Assembly: GCA_963770565.1 (NCBI GenBank)
Contig: CAVYQE010000010.1
Span: forward strand, 1-64,000
DNA from: an uncultured Actinomycetota bacterium
GTDB taxonomy: Bacteria; Actinomycetota; Actinomycetes; JAFAQI01
DNA: 64,000 bases
Direction of reading: 5' to 3'
A program made the translations under genes and the position numbers. The notes under the pieces are model-generated. The model saw only the letters and a program-made list of their open reading frames with translations, did not search any database and was not told the origin of the DNA. Position 1 is the stretch's first letter. Every line of letters starts with the position of its first letter. Shown one piece after another: positions 1 through 9,800 of the stretch.

Positions 1-2
1 AT

Positions 3-1592
3 CTGCTGGGGATCGACACCCTGCCGCGAGGCGTGCCGAGCGACCTGCTGGTGGCGCTGGCCTCGCGAGTGGTGCCCGGCGACGCGGTGCAGGACCTGGT
101 CCTGCTGGCGATCATCGCGTTGTCCGGCTGGGGCGCGGCGCGGCTGGCCGCTCGGCTCGCCGCGTCCTCACGTGCCGGGGCGACGGCTGACGCCCGATCG
201 ATCGTCGTGATGGCGGTCTCCGCAGCGGCGTTGTACTCGTGGAACCCGTATCTGGCCGAGCGGCTACGCCAGGGCCAGTGGGCGGTGCTGATCGGGTACG
301 CCGCACTGCCCTGGGTCGCGAGCGCCGCGCTCGCGCTGCATGCCGGCGAGGCCCGCGCGGCCCGCCGGCTGTTTCTTGCCCTTGCCTTCGCGGCGGCCGG
401 CGGGGCGTCGGCCGAGCTGCTCGCCGTCGTGGTCGGGTTGCCGATCGCCTGGTGGCCGGGGAGCCGGCTGAGCTGGCGCCGGCGGATCGCTCAGGTCAGC
501 GCCGCAGTGGTCGTCGTATCGCTTCCGTGGGCCGTCCCCGCATTGACCGCGCCGGGCGCCTACCCGGCGGACCGGGTCGGCGTACTGGCGTTTGCGGCCC
601 GGGCGGACACGCCGTTCGGGACGGTGGGGAGTCTGCTGGGCCTCGGCGGGATGTGGAACGCCCAGGTCGCGATGCCGGGTCATGGATCGTTGCTCGTCGC
701 CACGGTCGCGCTCGCACTCAGCGTCGCGGCGTTGTGGGCGCTGGTCGACGCAGGTCCGGTCGGTGCCGCCCGCGGCCTGGCCCTCGCCGGGCTGCTCGGC
801 TTCGCGCTCGCGGTCTGGGCGGCGATTCCGGGCGTCCGCCGGCTTGCGGTGAACGTCGGGTCCTCGAGCGCGGGCGGACTGCTGCGGGACGGCCAACGCT
901 GGCTCGCGCCGTTCGTCCTGCTCGTCGCGATCGGCTTCGGGTGGCTGGTCCGCTGGGCGAGCAGCAGGGTGGCGTTCGCCCCGGTGCTGGCGCTCGCCCC
1001 GGTGCTGTTGCTGCCGGCCGCGGCCTGGGGGAGCGACGGGGCGCTGGTCGCGGTGCATTGGCCACAGGCGTGGACGACCGCATCGGCCGCCGCGGAACGG
1101 CTGCCGAGCGGCCCGGTACTGGTGCTTCCGTGGGCATCGCAGCGGCAGTTCGGCTGGAACGGCGACCGGGTGCTGGCCGAGCCCGCCGCCGACTGGTTAC
1201 CTCGGCGAGTGGTGGCGGACGATTCGCTGCGGGTCGGGCCGAGTGCCACCCCGCTCGAGGACCCGCTGGCCCGCCGGATCGCCGCTGCGGTGACCGGCGA
1301 CGGACCGCTTCCGCCGGTGCTGCGGGCACAGGGGTACGCCGGCGTCCTGGTGGAAGTCGACCAGCCCGACGCGAGCAACGCGATCGCGCGCCTGGCCGGG
1401 TTGCGACCGGTCGTGACCGCTCCGACCCTGCGGCTCTATGCGGTCGGCGCGGCCGCGCCGGCCCGCCCTCCAACGGCATCTCGCGACGCTGCCCTCGTGG
1501 GTGACCTAATTGCTGTCCTGTTGATCCTCAGTTGTCTCGCAAGTCTTGCCGACATCACGACAACAGGCGGTCGGAACGTGTACCGTTCCTAG
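3..1592 (+). CDS. Polytopic membrane protein, Rv0226c-like (putative GT-C fold); 5' end lies before the window
   Basis: Frame is open from the window start (LLGIDTLPRGVPSD). Many TM segments; motifs WNPYLAERL..GQW, GLGGMWNA, LLRDGQRW. Neighbours match the aftD cluster. Confidence 0.75.
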   Translation: MLGIDTLPRGVPSDLLVALASRVVPGDAVQDLVLLAIIALSGWGAARLAARLAASSRAGATADARSIVVMAVSAAALYSWNPYLAERLRQGQWAVLIGYAALPWVASAALALHAGEARAARRLFLALAFAAAGGASAELLAVVVGLPIAWWPGSRLSWRRRIAQVSAAVVVVSLPWAVPALTAPGAYPADRVGVLAFAARADTPFGTVGSLLGLGGMWNAQVAMPGHGSLLVATVALALSVAALWALVDAGPVGAARGLALAGLLGFALAVWAAIPGVRRLAVNVGSSSAGGLLRDGQRWLAPFVLLVAIGFGWLVRWASSRVAFAPVLALAPVLLLPAAAWGSDGALVAVHWPQAWTTASAAAERLPSGPVLVLPWASQRQFGWNGDRVLAEPAADWLPRRVVADDSLRVGPSATPLEDPLARRIAAAVTGDGPLPPVLRAQGYAGVLVEVDQPDASNAIARLAGLRPVVTAPTLRLYAVGAAAPARPPTASRDAALVGDLIAVLLILSCLASLADITTTGGRNVYRS

Positions 1593-1634
1593 AAGGCCGT
1601 TCGGGGTTTGCGCGGCAACGACCAGGAGGTGCGC

Positions 1635-1775
1635 GTGTCAACAGCCGTTGCTGTGATCGTCGGCTTCGTCCTCGCGGCCGCGACGATCGCCGGGGTCGCC
1701 AAGTCGGTCACCGACCATGGCCACCACAGCACGGGCAACACGGGCGCCTCCGTCCAGCTATACGGGTCCCGCTAG
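1635..1775 (+). CDS. Small membrane/secreted protein, DUF2613 (Rv0236A)-like, 46 aa
   Basis: Not in the ORF track. AGGAGG at 1624-1629, GTG 1635, TAG 1773-1775. Translation MSTAVAVIVGFVLAAATIAGVAKSVTDHGHHSTGNTGASVQLYGSR: hydrophobic N-terminus and C-terminal YGxR. Followed by a terminator. Confidence 0.8.
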   Translation: MSTAVAVIVGFVLAAATIAGVAKSVTDHGHHSTGNTGASVQLYGSR

Positions 1776-1787
1776 CCGGGTCCGAAA

Positions 1788-1823
1788 ACAAAGACCGTCC
1801 GCATGCTGCGGGCGGTCTTTTGT
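1788..1823 (+). terminator. Intrinsic terminator hairpin
   Basis: AAAGACCGTCCGCA-tgc-TGCGGGCGGTCTTTT stem-loop with a T-run, just after the small ORF. Confidence 0.75.
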
Positions 1824-1973
1824 CGTAATGCGGGCCGGTTTCGGCGGGTAGTCCTTTTGGGCCATGTTGATCCGAAACCGAACCTGGTTCTTGCGTGGCT
1901 GACCGGGGTCACCTACGGTCGGCACGTCACCGCCATGTGTCCGTAACCTGACGGTCACCACGAGAGGATCACG

Positions 1974-3677
1974 ATGGCTGCCGCCCACGCATATGCCTCG
2001 GACGCACCTGGGATCGTCGGCCGGTTGTGGAACCGTGATCTGCCGTCGTACCCGAAGACCGGCCCGCGCTACTGGTACCTGTCACTTGTGGTCGTGACGA
2101 CCGTCATTCTTTACTACCAGCTCTACATCGGCGGCGCGGTCGCCACCCAGATCCTGGGCGGCTTCCACATGACCTTCCTGTACTACGTGGGCATCCTGGT
2201 GGTCGGCAACGCGATCGGCGCGTTCGCCTCGCTGGCGACCGGCATCTCGGACCGGATCGGCCGGGCCAACCTGGTCGTCTACGGCACGGTCATCACCTCG
2301 CTGCTGACCCTGCTCGGCGTCCCGCACATCCACACCAAGCTCGCGTTCGGCGTGATCTATGCCGCCGTGGCGCTGGTCGAGGGGGTCATCCTGGTCGCGA
2401 GCCCGGCACTGGTGCGCGACTTCAGCCCCCAGGTCGGCCGGGCCACCGCGATGGGCTTCTGGACCATGGGTCCGGTGCTCGGCAGCCTCGTGGTCAGCGA
2501 GGTCTCGAGCCACACACTGAACCACCTCAACGCCTGGCAGGACCAGTACGTCATCGCGGGTGTGGTCGGCCTGGTCGTTGCGATCGTGGGCATCTTCACG
2601 TTGCGCGAGCTCAGCGCCGGCATGCGCGACCAGGTGATGATCTCGTTGCAGGAGCAGACCGTGATCGAGCTGCGCGCTCGTGGCCTCGACGTCGATGAAG
2701 CCACCAGGCGGCCGTACCAGCAGATGTTCAAGCCGGACATCATGGGGTCGGCCCTCGCGATCAGCGTGTTCCTTCTCACCTACTACACCGCGGTTGCGTT
2801 CTTCCCGATCTACTTCCAGACCGTCCTGAACTTCACCCCGAGCCAGTCGAACAGCCTGCTGAACTGGTACTGGTCGTTCAACGCGATCGCGCTTGTGGTG
2901 TTCGGCGCGATGTCGGACAGGCTGTCGGTGCGCAAACCCTTCATGCTGATCGGCGCCCTCGGCAGCATCCTGATCAGCATCACCTTCCTGTCCAAGGCCA
3001 CCCACAACAACCCGACCTTTGGCAGCGTTGCGATCCTGCTGGTCTTCGTCGGCATCTGGGGTGGTGCGGCGTTCGGGCCGTGGATGGCGAGCTTCACCGA
3101 GACCGTCGAGGCGCGCAACCCGGCGCTCACCGCCACCGGCCTCGCGGTGTGGGGCTGGATCCTGCGGCTGATCGTGGCGGTCGCGTTCCTCGTTCTCCCG
3201 CACGTCATCAACTCCGTGACGCCGCTGGTGAACCAGGGTGCCAAGGTCCAGGCGGTGGATGCCCAGCTCAACGCGAAATACCCGCAGCTCGGAGCTGAGC
3301 TCGCGGCCCACCCGGACGTGTTCGCGGGGCTGGCCAAGTACACGAACCCCGCCGACATCCCCGGGCCGGTACTGAGCAAGGCGATCCTCACCGTCGGTAC
3401 GACCGCGTTGACGCAGGCCTCGTCGCCGGGCGCGAAGCCGCTTCTTGCTTATCTCAGCGTGAACGCGCCGCCGGTCCAGGCTGCGCAGAAGGCGGCGCCG
3501 CACCAGTGGCAGCACTGGTTGTGGATCTGCACCGGAGGCCAGATCCTGTTCATCCCGTTCATCTTCGTGATGGCCGGATACTGGCGACCGCGCGAGGCGC
3601 AGGAGGATATGCAGCGTCGCGAGAACCTCTCGCTCAGCGGAGCCGGCCCAGTCCCGACCGGCGCGCAGACCGTCTGA
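1974..3677 (+). CDS. MFS transporter
   Basis: About 12-13 TM helices, MFS motif A-like GISDRIGR and AMSDRLSVRK, GAGGA RBS. Confidence 0.85.
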   Translation: MAAAHAYASDAPGIVGRLWNRDLPSYPKTGPRYWYLSLVVVTTVILYYQLYIGGAVATQILGGFHMTFLYYVGILVVGNAIGAFASLATGISDRIGRANLVVYGTVITSLLTLLGVPHIHTKLAFGVIYAAVALVEGVILVASPALVRDFSPQVGRATAMGFWTMGPVLGSLVVSEVSSHTLNHLNAWQDQYVIAGVVGLVVAIVGIFTLRELSAGMRDQVMISLQEQTVIELRARGLDVDEATRRPYQQMFKPDIMGSALAISVFLLTYYTAVAFFPIYFQTVLNFTPSQSNSLLNWYWSFNAIALVVFGAMSDRLSVRKPFMLIGALGSILISITFLSKATHNNPTFGSVAILLVFVGIWGGAAFGPWMASFTETVEARNPALTATGLAVWGWILRLIVAVAFLVLPHVINSVTPLVNQGAKVQAVDAQLNAKYPQLGAELAAHPDVFAGLAKYTNPADIPGPVLSKAILTVGTTALTQASSPGAKPLLAYLSVNAPPVQAAQKAAPHQWQHWLWICTGGQILFIPFIFVMAGYWRPREAQEDMQRRENLSLSGAGPVPTGAQTV

Positions 3678-3685
3678 AAGGCTCC

Positions 3686-4888
3686 ATGAGCGCCCGACCC
3701 ACCCGCCGCGTCTCGACGGCTTCCCCGATTGTGACCGGGCAGCTCGACATCGCGGTCTGCAACTGGCGGGACCGGCGCCATCCGGAGGGCGGTGGATCGG
3801 AGCTCTATATCGAGTCCATCGCGGCTCGGCTGGCGGCCCGCGGGCATCGGGTCACGATGATGTGCGCGAGCGTCGAGGGCGAGCAGGCGGACGAGGTCCG
3901 TGACGGCGTACACATCCGGCGCCGAGGCTCGCACCACACCGTCTATCTGGCCGCCGCCTGGGCGCTGCTGACCCGCCGGGTCCGGCCGGACGTCGTCATC
4001 GACGTCCACAACGGGGTGCCGTTCCTGTCGACCGTCGTGACCCGCAAGCCGGTGGTGGCGCTCGTGCATCACGTGCATCGCGAGCAGTGGTCGATCGTGT
4101 TCGGCCCGCGCGCGGCGCGGGTCGGCTGGTGGGTCGAGTCGAGGCTCGGGCCGAGGCTGTACCGGCGATCGCGCTACATCGCGGTCAGCGAAGCGACCCG
4201 TCGCGACCTGGGCGGGCTCGGCGTGAGCCCGAACCGGATCACCGTCGTGCACAACGGCACGCCCACCTTGCCCGAGCCCCGTCTCGAGCGGTCTCCGACG
4301 CCGCGGGTGGTCGTGCTCGGCCGACTGGTCCCGCACAAGCAGGTCGGCGTCGTGCTCGCGGCGGCGGCGGTGCTGCGGCAGCGGCACCCAGACCTGGTCG
4401 TCGACGTAGTCGGGCACGGCTATTTCGAGGCCGATCTTCGTGCCCAGGCGGTCGAGCTGGACCTGCACGACGCGGTGGTCTTCCATGGCTGGGTCGACGA
4501 GCAGACCAAGTCGGATCTGCTGGCCCGCGCGTGGGTGAACGCCGTACCGAGCGTGAAGGAAGGCTGGGGGCTCGGGGTGGTCGAGGCGGCGACGCTCGGC
4601 ACTCCGTCGATTGCCTTCGCCGGTGCGGGCGGCTTGGAGGAGTCGATCGTCGCCGGCCAGACCGGTGTGCTCGTCGAGGGTGATGCCGCAGAGTTCGCCC
4701 GCGAGCTCGGACTGCTGCTCGACGACACCGAGCGGCGCACCAAACTCGGGTCGGCGGCCCGACGGCGCGCCGCGCTGTTCACCTGGGACGACGCCGCTGC
4801 TCAGGTCGCCGCCGTCCTGGATCTGGCGATGGGACGGGTCGCGGTCAGTGCCGACGCGGCCCAACCTGCGGTGTCGCCCGCCGCATAG
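3686..4888 (+). CDS. Glycosyltransferase family 4 (Rv0225-like)
   Basis: NWRDRRHPEGGGSE N-terminus, GRLVPHKQ, PSVKEGWGLGVVEAA (EX7E). ATG 3686 lies just after the MFS stop. Confidence 0.88.
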   Translation: MSARPTRRVSTASPIVTGQLDIAVCNWRDRRHPEGGGSELYIESIAARLAARGHRVTMMCASVEGEQADEVRDGVHIRRRGSHHTVYLAAAWALLTRRVRPDVVIDVHNGVPFLSTVVTRKPVVALVHHVHREQWSIVFGPRAARVGWWVESRLGPRLYRRSRYIAVSEATRRDLGGLGVSPNRITVVHNGTPTLPEPRLERSPTPRVVVLGRLVPHKQVGVVLAAAAVLRQRHPDLVVDVVGHGYFEADLRAQAVELDLHDAVVFHGWVDEQTKSDLLARAWVNAVPSVKEGWGLGVVEAATLGTPSIAFAGAGGLEESIVAGQTGVLVEGDAAEFARELGLLLDDTERRTKLGSAARRRAALFTWDDAAAQVAAVLDLAMGRVAVSADAAQPAVSPAA

Positions 4889-4900
4889 CGGCCCGCGCCG

Positions 4901-5656
4901 ATGCCCGATCAGCCGTGGCGGGAGAACGTCCGCCGGAGTGTCGCCCTGTTCGCTGCCTTCGTGCACGAGCAGGACGACCCCGATCGCTTCTACTCGCTGC
5001 TGTCGGCCGACAGCGTGGCGCAGCTGTCGGCGTACCACGGTGTCTCGGGTGACGTCGTCGTCGATGTCGGCGGCGGGCCGGGATACTTCAGGGATGACTT
5101 CACCGCCCGCGGCGCGTCGTCGTACATCGTGGTCGATCCGGACCTCGATGAGCTGTGGATCCGTGGGCGGCCCGGACCGCTCTGTGTGCGCGGCGACGGG
5201 ATGGTCTTGCCGCTGCGCACCGGGTCGGTCGACGTCTGCTTCTCGAGCAACGCCCTCGAGCACGTGCCCGAGCCCGAACGCTTCGCGGATGAGATGTTGC
5301 GGGTGACCCGGCCGGGCGGCCTGGTCTATCTCGCCTACACCAACTGGCTGTCACCGAACGGCGGCCACGAGACCAAGCCCTGGCACCTGCTGATCGGTGG
5401 CCGTCGGGCGGCCACCCGCTACGCCCGCCGCAACGGCCGGCGCCCGAAGAACGACTTCGGCCGGACCCTCTATCCGGTGTCGGCTGCCCAGATGCTGCGG
5501 TGGGCCGACCGGGCCGTGCGCGACGGCCGGGCCGAGCTGCTCACGCGGCAACCGCGATATCACCCGAGCTGGCTGCACTGGGTCATCGGAGTGCCCGGGC
5601 TGCGCGAGCTGGTCAGCTGGAACGTGCTTCTCGTTCTGCGGCGAGCGGCACCGTGA
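4901..5656 (+). CDS. Class I SAM-dependent methyltransferase (Rv0224c-like)
   Basis: VVDVGGGPG motif I, SSNALEHV, LRVTRPGG. Confidence 0.85.
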   Translation: MPDQPWRENVRRSVALFAAFVHEQDDPDRFYSLLSADSVAQLSAYHGVSGDVVVDVGGGPGYFRDDFTARGASSYIVVDPDLDELWIRGRPGPLCVRGDGMVLPLRTGSVDVCFSSNALEHVPEPERFADEMLRVTRPGGLVYLAYTNWLSPNGGHETKPWHLLIGGRRAATRYARRNGRRPKNDFGRTLYPVSAAQMLRWADRAVRDGRAELLTRQPRYHPSWLHWVIGVPGLRELVSWNVLLVLRRAAP

Positions 5657-6870
5657 CCGCCGCCGCGGTCGAGGCCGGCCGCCGCCGGCAGAACTTCGCC
5701 GCGCTGAACGGGGTTCGCGCGATCGCCGCGTACGCCGTCGTCGCGACCCACGCCGGGTTCGAGAGCGGCCGTTCGCTCGACAACGGCCCGTTCGCGCCGC
5801 TATTGGCCCGGCTGAACTTCGGCGTCACGCTGTTCTTCCTGTTGTCCGGATTCCTGTTGTCGCGCCAGTTCCTGACCGATACCAGCCGGCTCTCGCCCGG
5901 CCGGGTCGCGCACTTCTGGTGGCGCCGCGCACTACGGATCTTCCCGGCGTACTTCCTGGCGATCGCCGGCACCCTCGCGCTCCTGTCGACGCAGCGCTCG
6001 ACGGTGGGTGACTGGTTCAGCTACCTGTTCCTGGTCCAGACCTACGACCACCACTACACGAACCACTCGCTGTCGCAGAGCTGGACCCTCGTCGTCGAGG
6101 TGTCCTTCTACGCCGCATTGCCGCTGCTGATCTGGGCCGCCCGTTTCATCCGCAGACCGCGCCACGAGCAGCTGACCCTGCTCGTGGTCGCGATGTCGGC
6201 CGTGGCACTCGGCGCGAACCTGTTCACCCACTTCCGGTACGGCGGGTCGAGCATCGCGCTGCTCTGGCTGCCGGAATACCTGGACTGGTTCGCCCTCGGC
6301 ATCCTGCTCGCCTCGCTGTCGTTCGAGCCGACCGCGACCCGGTGGCGGCAGACCCTCACTGACTGGGCGAAGTCGCCGGGCACCTGCTGGATCGTCGGGG
6401 CGCTGACGTTCTGGTTGTTCACCCTGCCCCTCGCGGGGCCGTACGACGTCACCCCCGGCACGACCTGGGAGTGGACGCTGTATCACCTGCTGGCCGGCGT
6501 CTCCGCCTTCTTCTTCCTGTTGCCGCTGACCCAGGGCGGGACCCCGTGGTCCGATCGGCTGCTGGGCAACCGGGTCATGCAGTGGCTCGGCGAGATCTCC
6601 TACGGGGTCTACCTCTGGCATCTCGGCCTGCTGCTGGCCATCGCGCGCTGGCTGAACTGGCCGGTGTTCTCCGGCCACTTCTTTGCGCTGTTCGGGATGA
6701 CCGCGGTCGCTGCCACCGCGGTCGCAGCGGTCAGCTGGCATCTCTTCGAGCGTCCGCTACTGCGTCGGTTCTCCAGCTCCTGGCGGTCGGTCGCGCGGGA
6801 CAAGGCATCGAACCAGGACGATGCCGATCGCCGCAAGGCAGAGGACCTGCACCCCAGCGCTACCGGCTAG
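5653..6870 (+). CDS. Membrane acyltransferase (Acyl_transf_3 / OafA / TmaT-like)
   Basis: LNGVRAIA..VVATH, GVTLFFLLSGFLL, RRALRIFPAY, WTLVVEVSFY, GEISYGVYLWH. GTGA overlap with the upstream stop. Confidence 0.88.
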   Translation: MTAAAVEAGRRRQNFAALNGVRAIAAYAVVATHAGFESGRSLDNGPFAPLLARLNFGVTLFFLLSGFLLSRQFLTDTSRLSPGRVAHFWWRRALRIFPAYFLAIAGTLALLSTQRSTVGDWFSYLFLVQTYDHHYTNHSLSQSWTLVVEVSFYAALPLLIWAARFIRRPRHEQLTLLVVAMSAVALGANLFTHFRYGGSSIALLWLPEYLDWFALGILLASLSFEPTATRWRQTLTDWAKSPGTCWIVGALTFWLFTLPLAGPYDVTPGTTWEWTLYHLLAGVSAFFFLLPLTQGGTPWSDRLLGNRVMQWLGEISYGVYLWHLGLLLAIARWLNWPVFSGHFFALFGMTAVAATAVAAVSWHLFERPLLRRFSSSWRSVARDKASNQDDADRRKAEDLHPSATG

Positions 6871-9800
6871 CGGGTGGCGGGCCGCGGCGGTCGCCGCGGT
6901 CTCGGCGACGATCGCGGCGCCGACCGTGATCCCCAGCGCCCAGGTCGTGACGCGGTCGCGCAGTACGGACGGCGTCGCAACCTCGACCACGATGAGGATC
7001 GCCCCGATCACCAGGCCACTGACCGATCCGAGCAGGGCGAGCGTGCCGAGCACAAGGGCCCAGCGCACCAGCGCGGCGGGTGCGGTCGTGCCCACCGGGC
7101 GTCGCCGGCTCCGCCGCTGCCAGCGGCTCGGCAAGGGCAGCGTCAGTCCGAGGAGCAGCACGGCTGCGCCGGCCCCGCCGATCAGGCCGGCCCGGAACGC
7201 GGTCTGTGGCGTGAAGCGAAGGTGTACGACGCCGTCGGTACCCGACGGGACCACCCACGCCTGCTGCCACCCGTCGACCGTGACGGGCGACAGTGTCACC
7301 CCGTTGAAGGTGGCCTGCCACCCGGCGTTCTCGTTCTCATGGACCACGAGGAGCGCCGCCGCGGTGGTGTGGACCTCGACCGAGCGGGACGACGCGGACC
7401 AGGACAGCGTGCGAAGCGGGAGGGCGATCGGAGCCGGCCGGGCCGGTTGCCCGACCTTGGCCAACACCAAGGACTGTGGATCGGTCACATCGGTGGCGTT
7501 CAGCGTGATGCGGTGCGGCCCGGCGCCGAGCAGCATCCAGGCCGCTGGAAGGTGCAGCGCCAGGCTGCCGGGAGTGGGGCACGGCCTGGCGGTCAGCGCG
7601 GCGCCACCGAGGGCGGTCGCGCTGAGCGCCTTCACGTGGAGCTGCATCGTCGTACCGTCGACCACCATCGAGAGCCCGGCGCCGCAGGACAACGTGATGT
7701 CCGACCGGAAGAGCGGAATCGGCTCGTTGCGGCCGAGCAGGTTCACCTCGGCGATGCCGACCGGCAGGAACTCGGACTTCCCGGTGATCGAGCTGGTGGT
7801 GATTCGCAGCGATGCCCGGACCACATGGATCGAGACCGTGCGGGTCCGTACCGGGTAGTCGAGGCGGGCGATGCCGCTGGCGGGCAGGACGCGGTCGACC
7901 GTCTCACCACCCGCCGTCACCTCGACCTCGACCGGCGCCCGGGCGACACCGGTTGCGAGCGGGGTCAGCTCGACCGCGTTGAGCAGGTGCGGGCGGCGGG
8001 TGCTGATCGTGAGCGTCGGCTTCAGGTCGCTCACGGCCGCGGTCCAGCCGGTCGTGAGATCACCGTCGACCGCCGCCCCGGCCCGCTGCCGCGGGTCGTC
8101 GGAGTTGACCGACGATGCCAACGCACGCAGCGGCTCGCCCCGGTCGAGCAGCTGGTCGAGGCTCGTGCCGGGGCGGAGCCTCACCGTTGCCTGGGTGTCG
8201 TAGGTCGCACTTTTCGACAGCGCAAACGTCCGGGCCAGGCTGTTGTCCTCCTCACCGGCGGTCACCCAGGTCGGGTCACACACCGGCTGGCCGTTCACGG
8301 TCAGGCACTCGCCGCGGTAGCCGTCGGCGACGCTGAAGGCGATCAGGCCGGGTCGGCTCGCGCCCGGTACGACGAGGGACCGCGCGGCGAGGACCGACGG
8401 CAGCGAAAGCTCTGCGATCCCGGCGGCCGCGCCGTTCCCCCGGCCGGTGGCGCCGAGGAAGGTCAGCCGGACGAATCTGGTCGCCCCCGACGGAATGCGG
8501 ATCGTCTGCGGCGCGCCATCCGGCGTCACCGCCTCGTCCAGGTGCCCGGTCGAGGTGTCGACCCGGATCAGGTCGGGAAACACCCCGTTCGCCCCGGCGA
8601 ACGTCACGCTGGCCTGGGTGGTGTTGATCGGTGCGCGCAGGTCCACCTGGAGCCATTGCCCGATGGCACCGTCGATCGAGCCCACCCGCCAGGCGGTCGT
8701 GGGATCGCCGTCGAGCGCCGACCACGGGCCGTTGGCCGGGCTGACGTTGACCAGTGCGGTGGCTCCGGCGCCCGACGACGAGGCCTGCACGTCGCTGATT
8801 CCGAGGTAGGAGGTGGTCGAAAGCGCGGGCGCGGGGCTCGGCAGGTAGTCGTGAGCCGCGCGTTTGGTCGTGTACGGCTGGGTGGCGGTCATCGTGTCCG
8901 AGTAGTGGTCGATGCTCCCGAAGCCGAACTCGCGTCGTCTGACTCCGTCGCTCATCGCGGTCAGCGGCGGCTCCGTTCCTGCCACCATCGGCACGACCGA
9001 TGGCGCGAAGATGACCGGCTGGTCGGGCGTCACCCCGGCGGCAGTGAGGTCGGTAAGGTTGTCCGCCGAGCCGTTGGCTGCCACCGCCTGCGAGAGGGGG
9101 AGCAGCGCGGCCGCGCCACTCCAGCCGACGTTCTCGAAGACGGTGATCGCAGCCTGGCTGGGGACGGTTCCGTCGTCGATCAGCTCGTTCGGGTTGGTGG
9201 CCGGAATCACGCCGGGCCCGAAGTTGGCGACCTCGCGAAAGCCGGCCGAGTTCTCCAGGGTCGCGTAGATGTAGCGAAGCGGGGTGGCGTCAGACGCGGA
9301 GACGTCGAGATCGTTGCGCACGACGACGTACCGGACCCCTGACCGGGCGAGCACGGGGGAGAGGGTGGGGTCGTCGCGGCCGGCCGCGAGGTCGGAGTCG
9401 ATCTCGTCGAGCAGACGGATGTAGCCGGCCTGGGCGAGCGGGATCGAGTTGCGTGCCGACCAGGGCGACTTGGCGACCGGCTGCAACGCGTCGTCGCGCG
9501 GGCTGCCCCAGATGTAGATCGGCTGCGCCGCACCCGGTACGACAAGGGCGCGCCCGTCGCCCTGGTGGCCGAGCCAGTCCGCCGCCTGGACCCACCAGTT
9601 CGGCTCGTTCACGGTGTGGAGCTCGGGGATCAGGGTCCCGGTCACGGCCGGGGCCACGGCGGCGACCGCGATGCACAGGGCCGCAACCGTGAAGGTCGGA
9701 CGCGGGTCGAAGTCCCAGGTGCGGCGCGGGGTCCCGGCGGCGGCCGCGCTGCGCCGCCGCCAGCGAGCGATCGACATCGCCACGAGCTGGCCGACACCGA

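Noticed and set aside
1880-1890. GAACC-T-GGTTC palindrome upstream of the MFS gene
   Set aside because: Too short to call an operator, and no regulator gene nearby.
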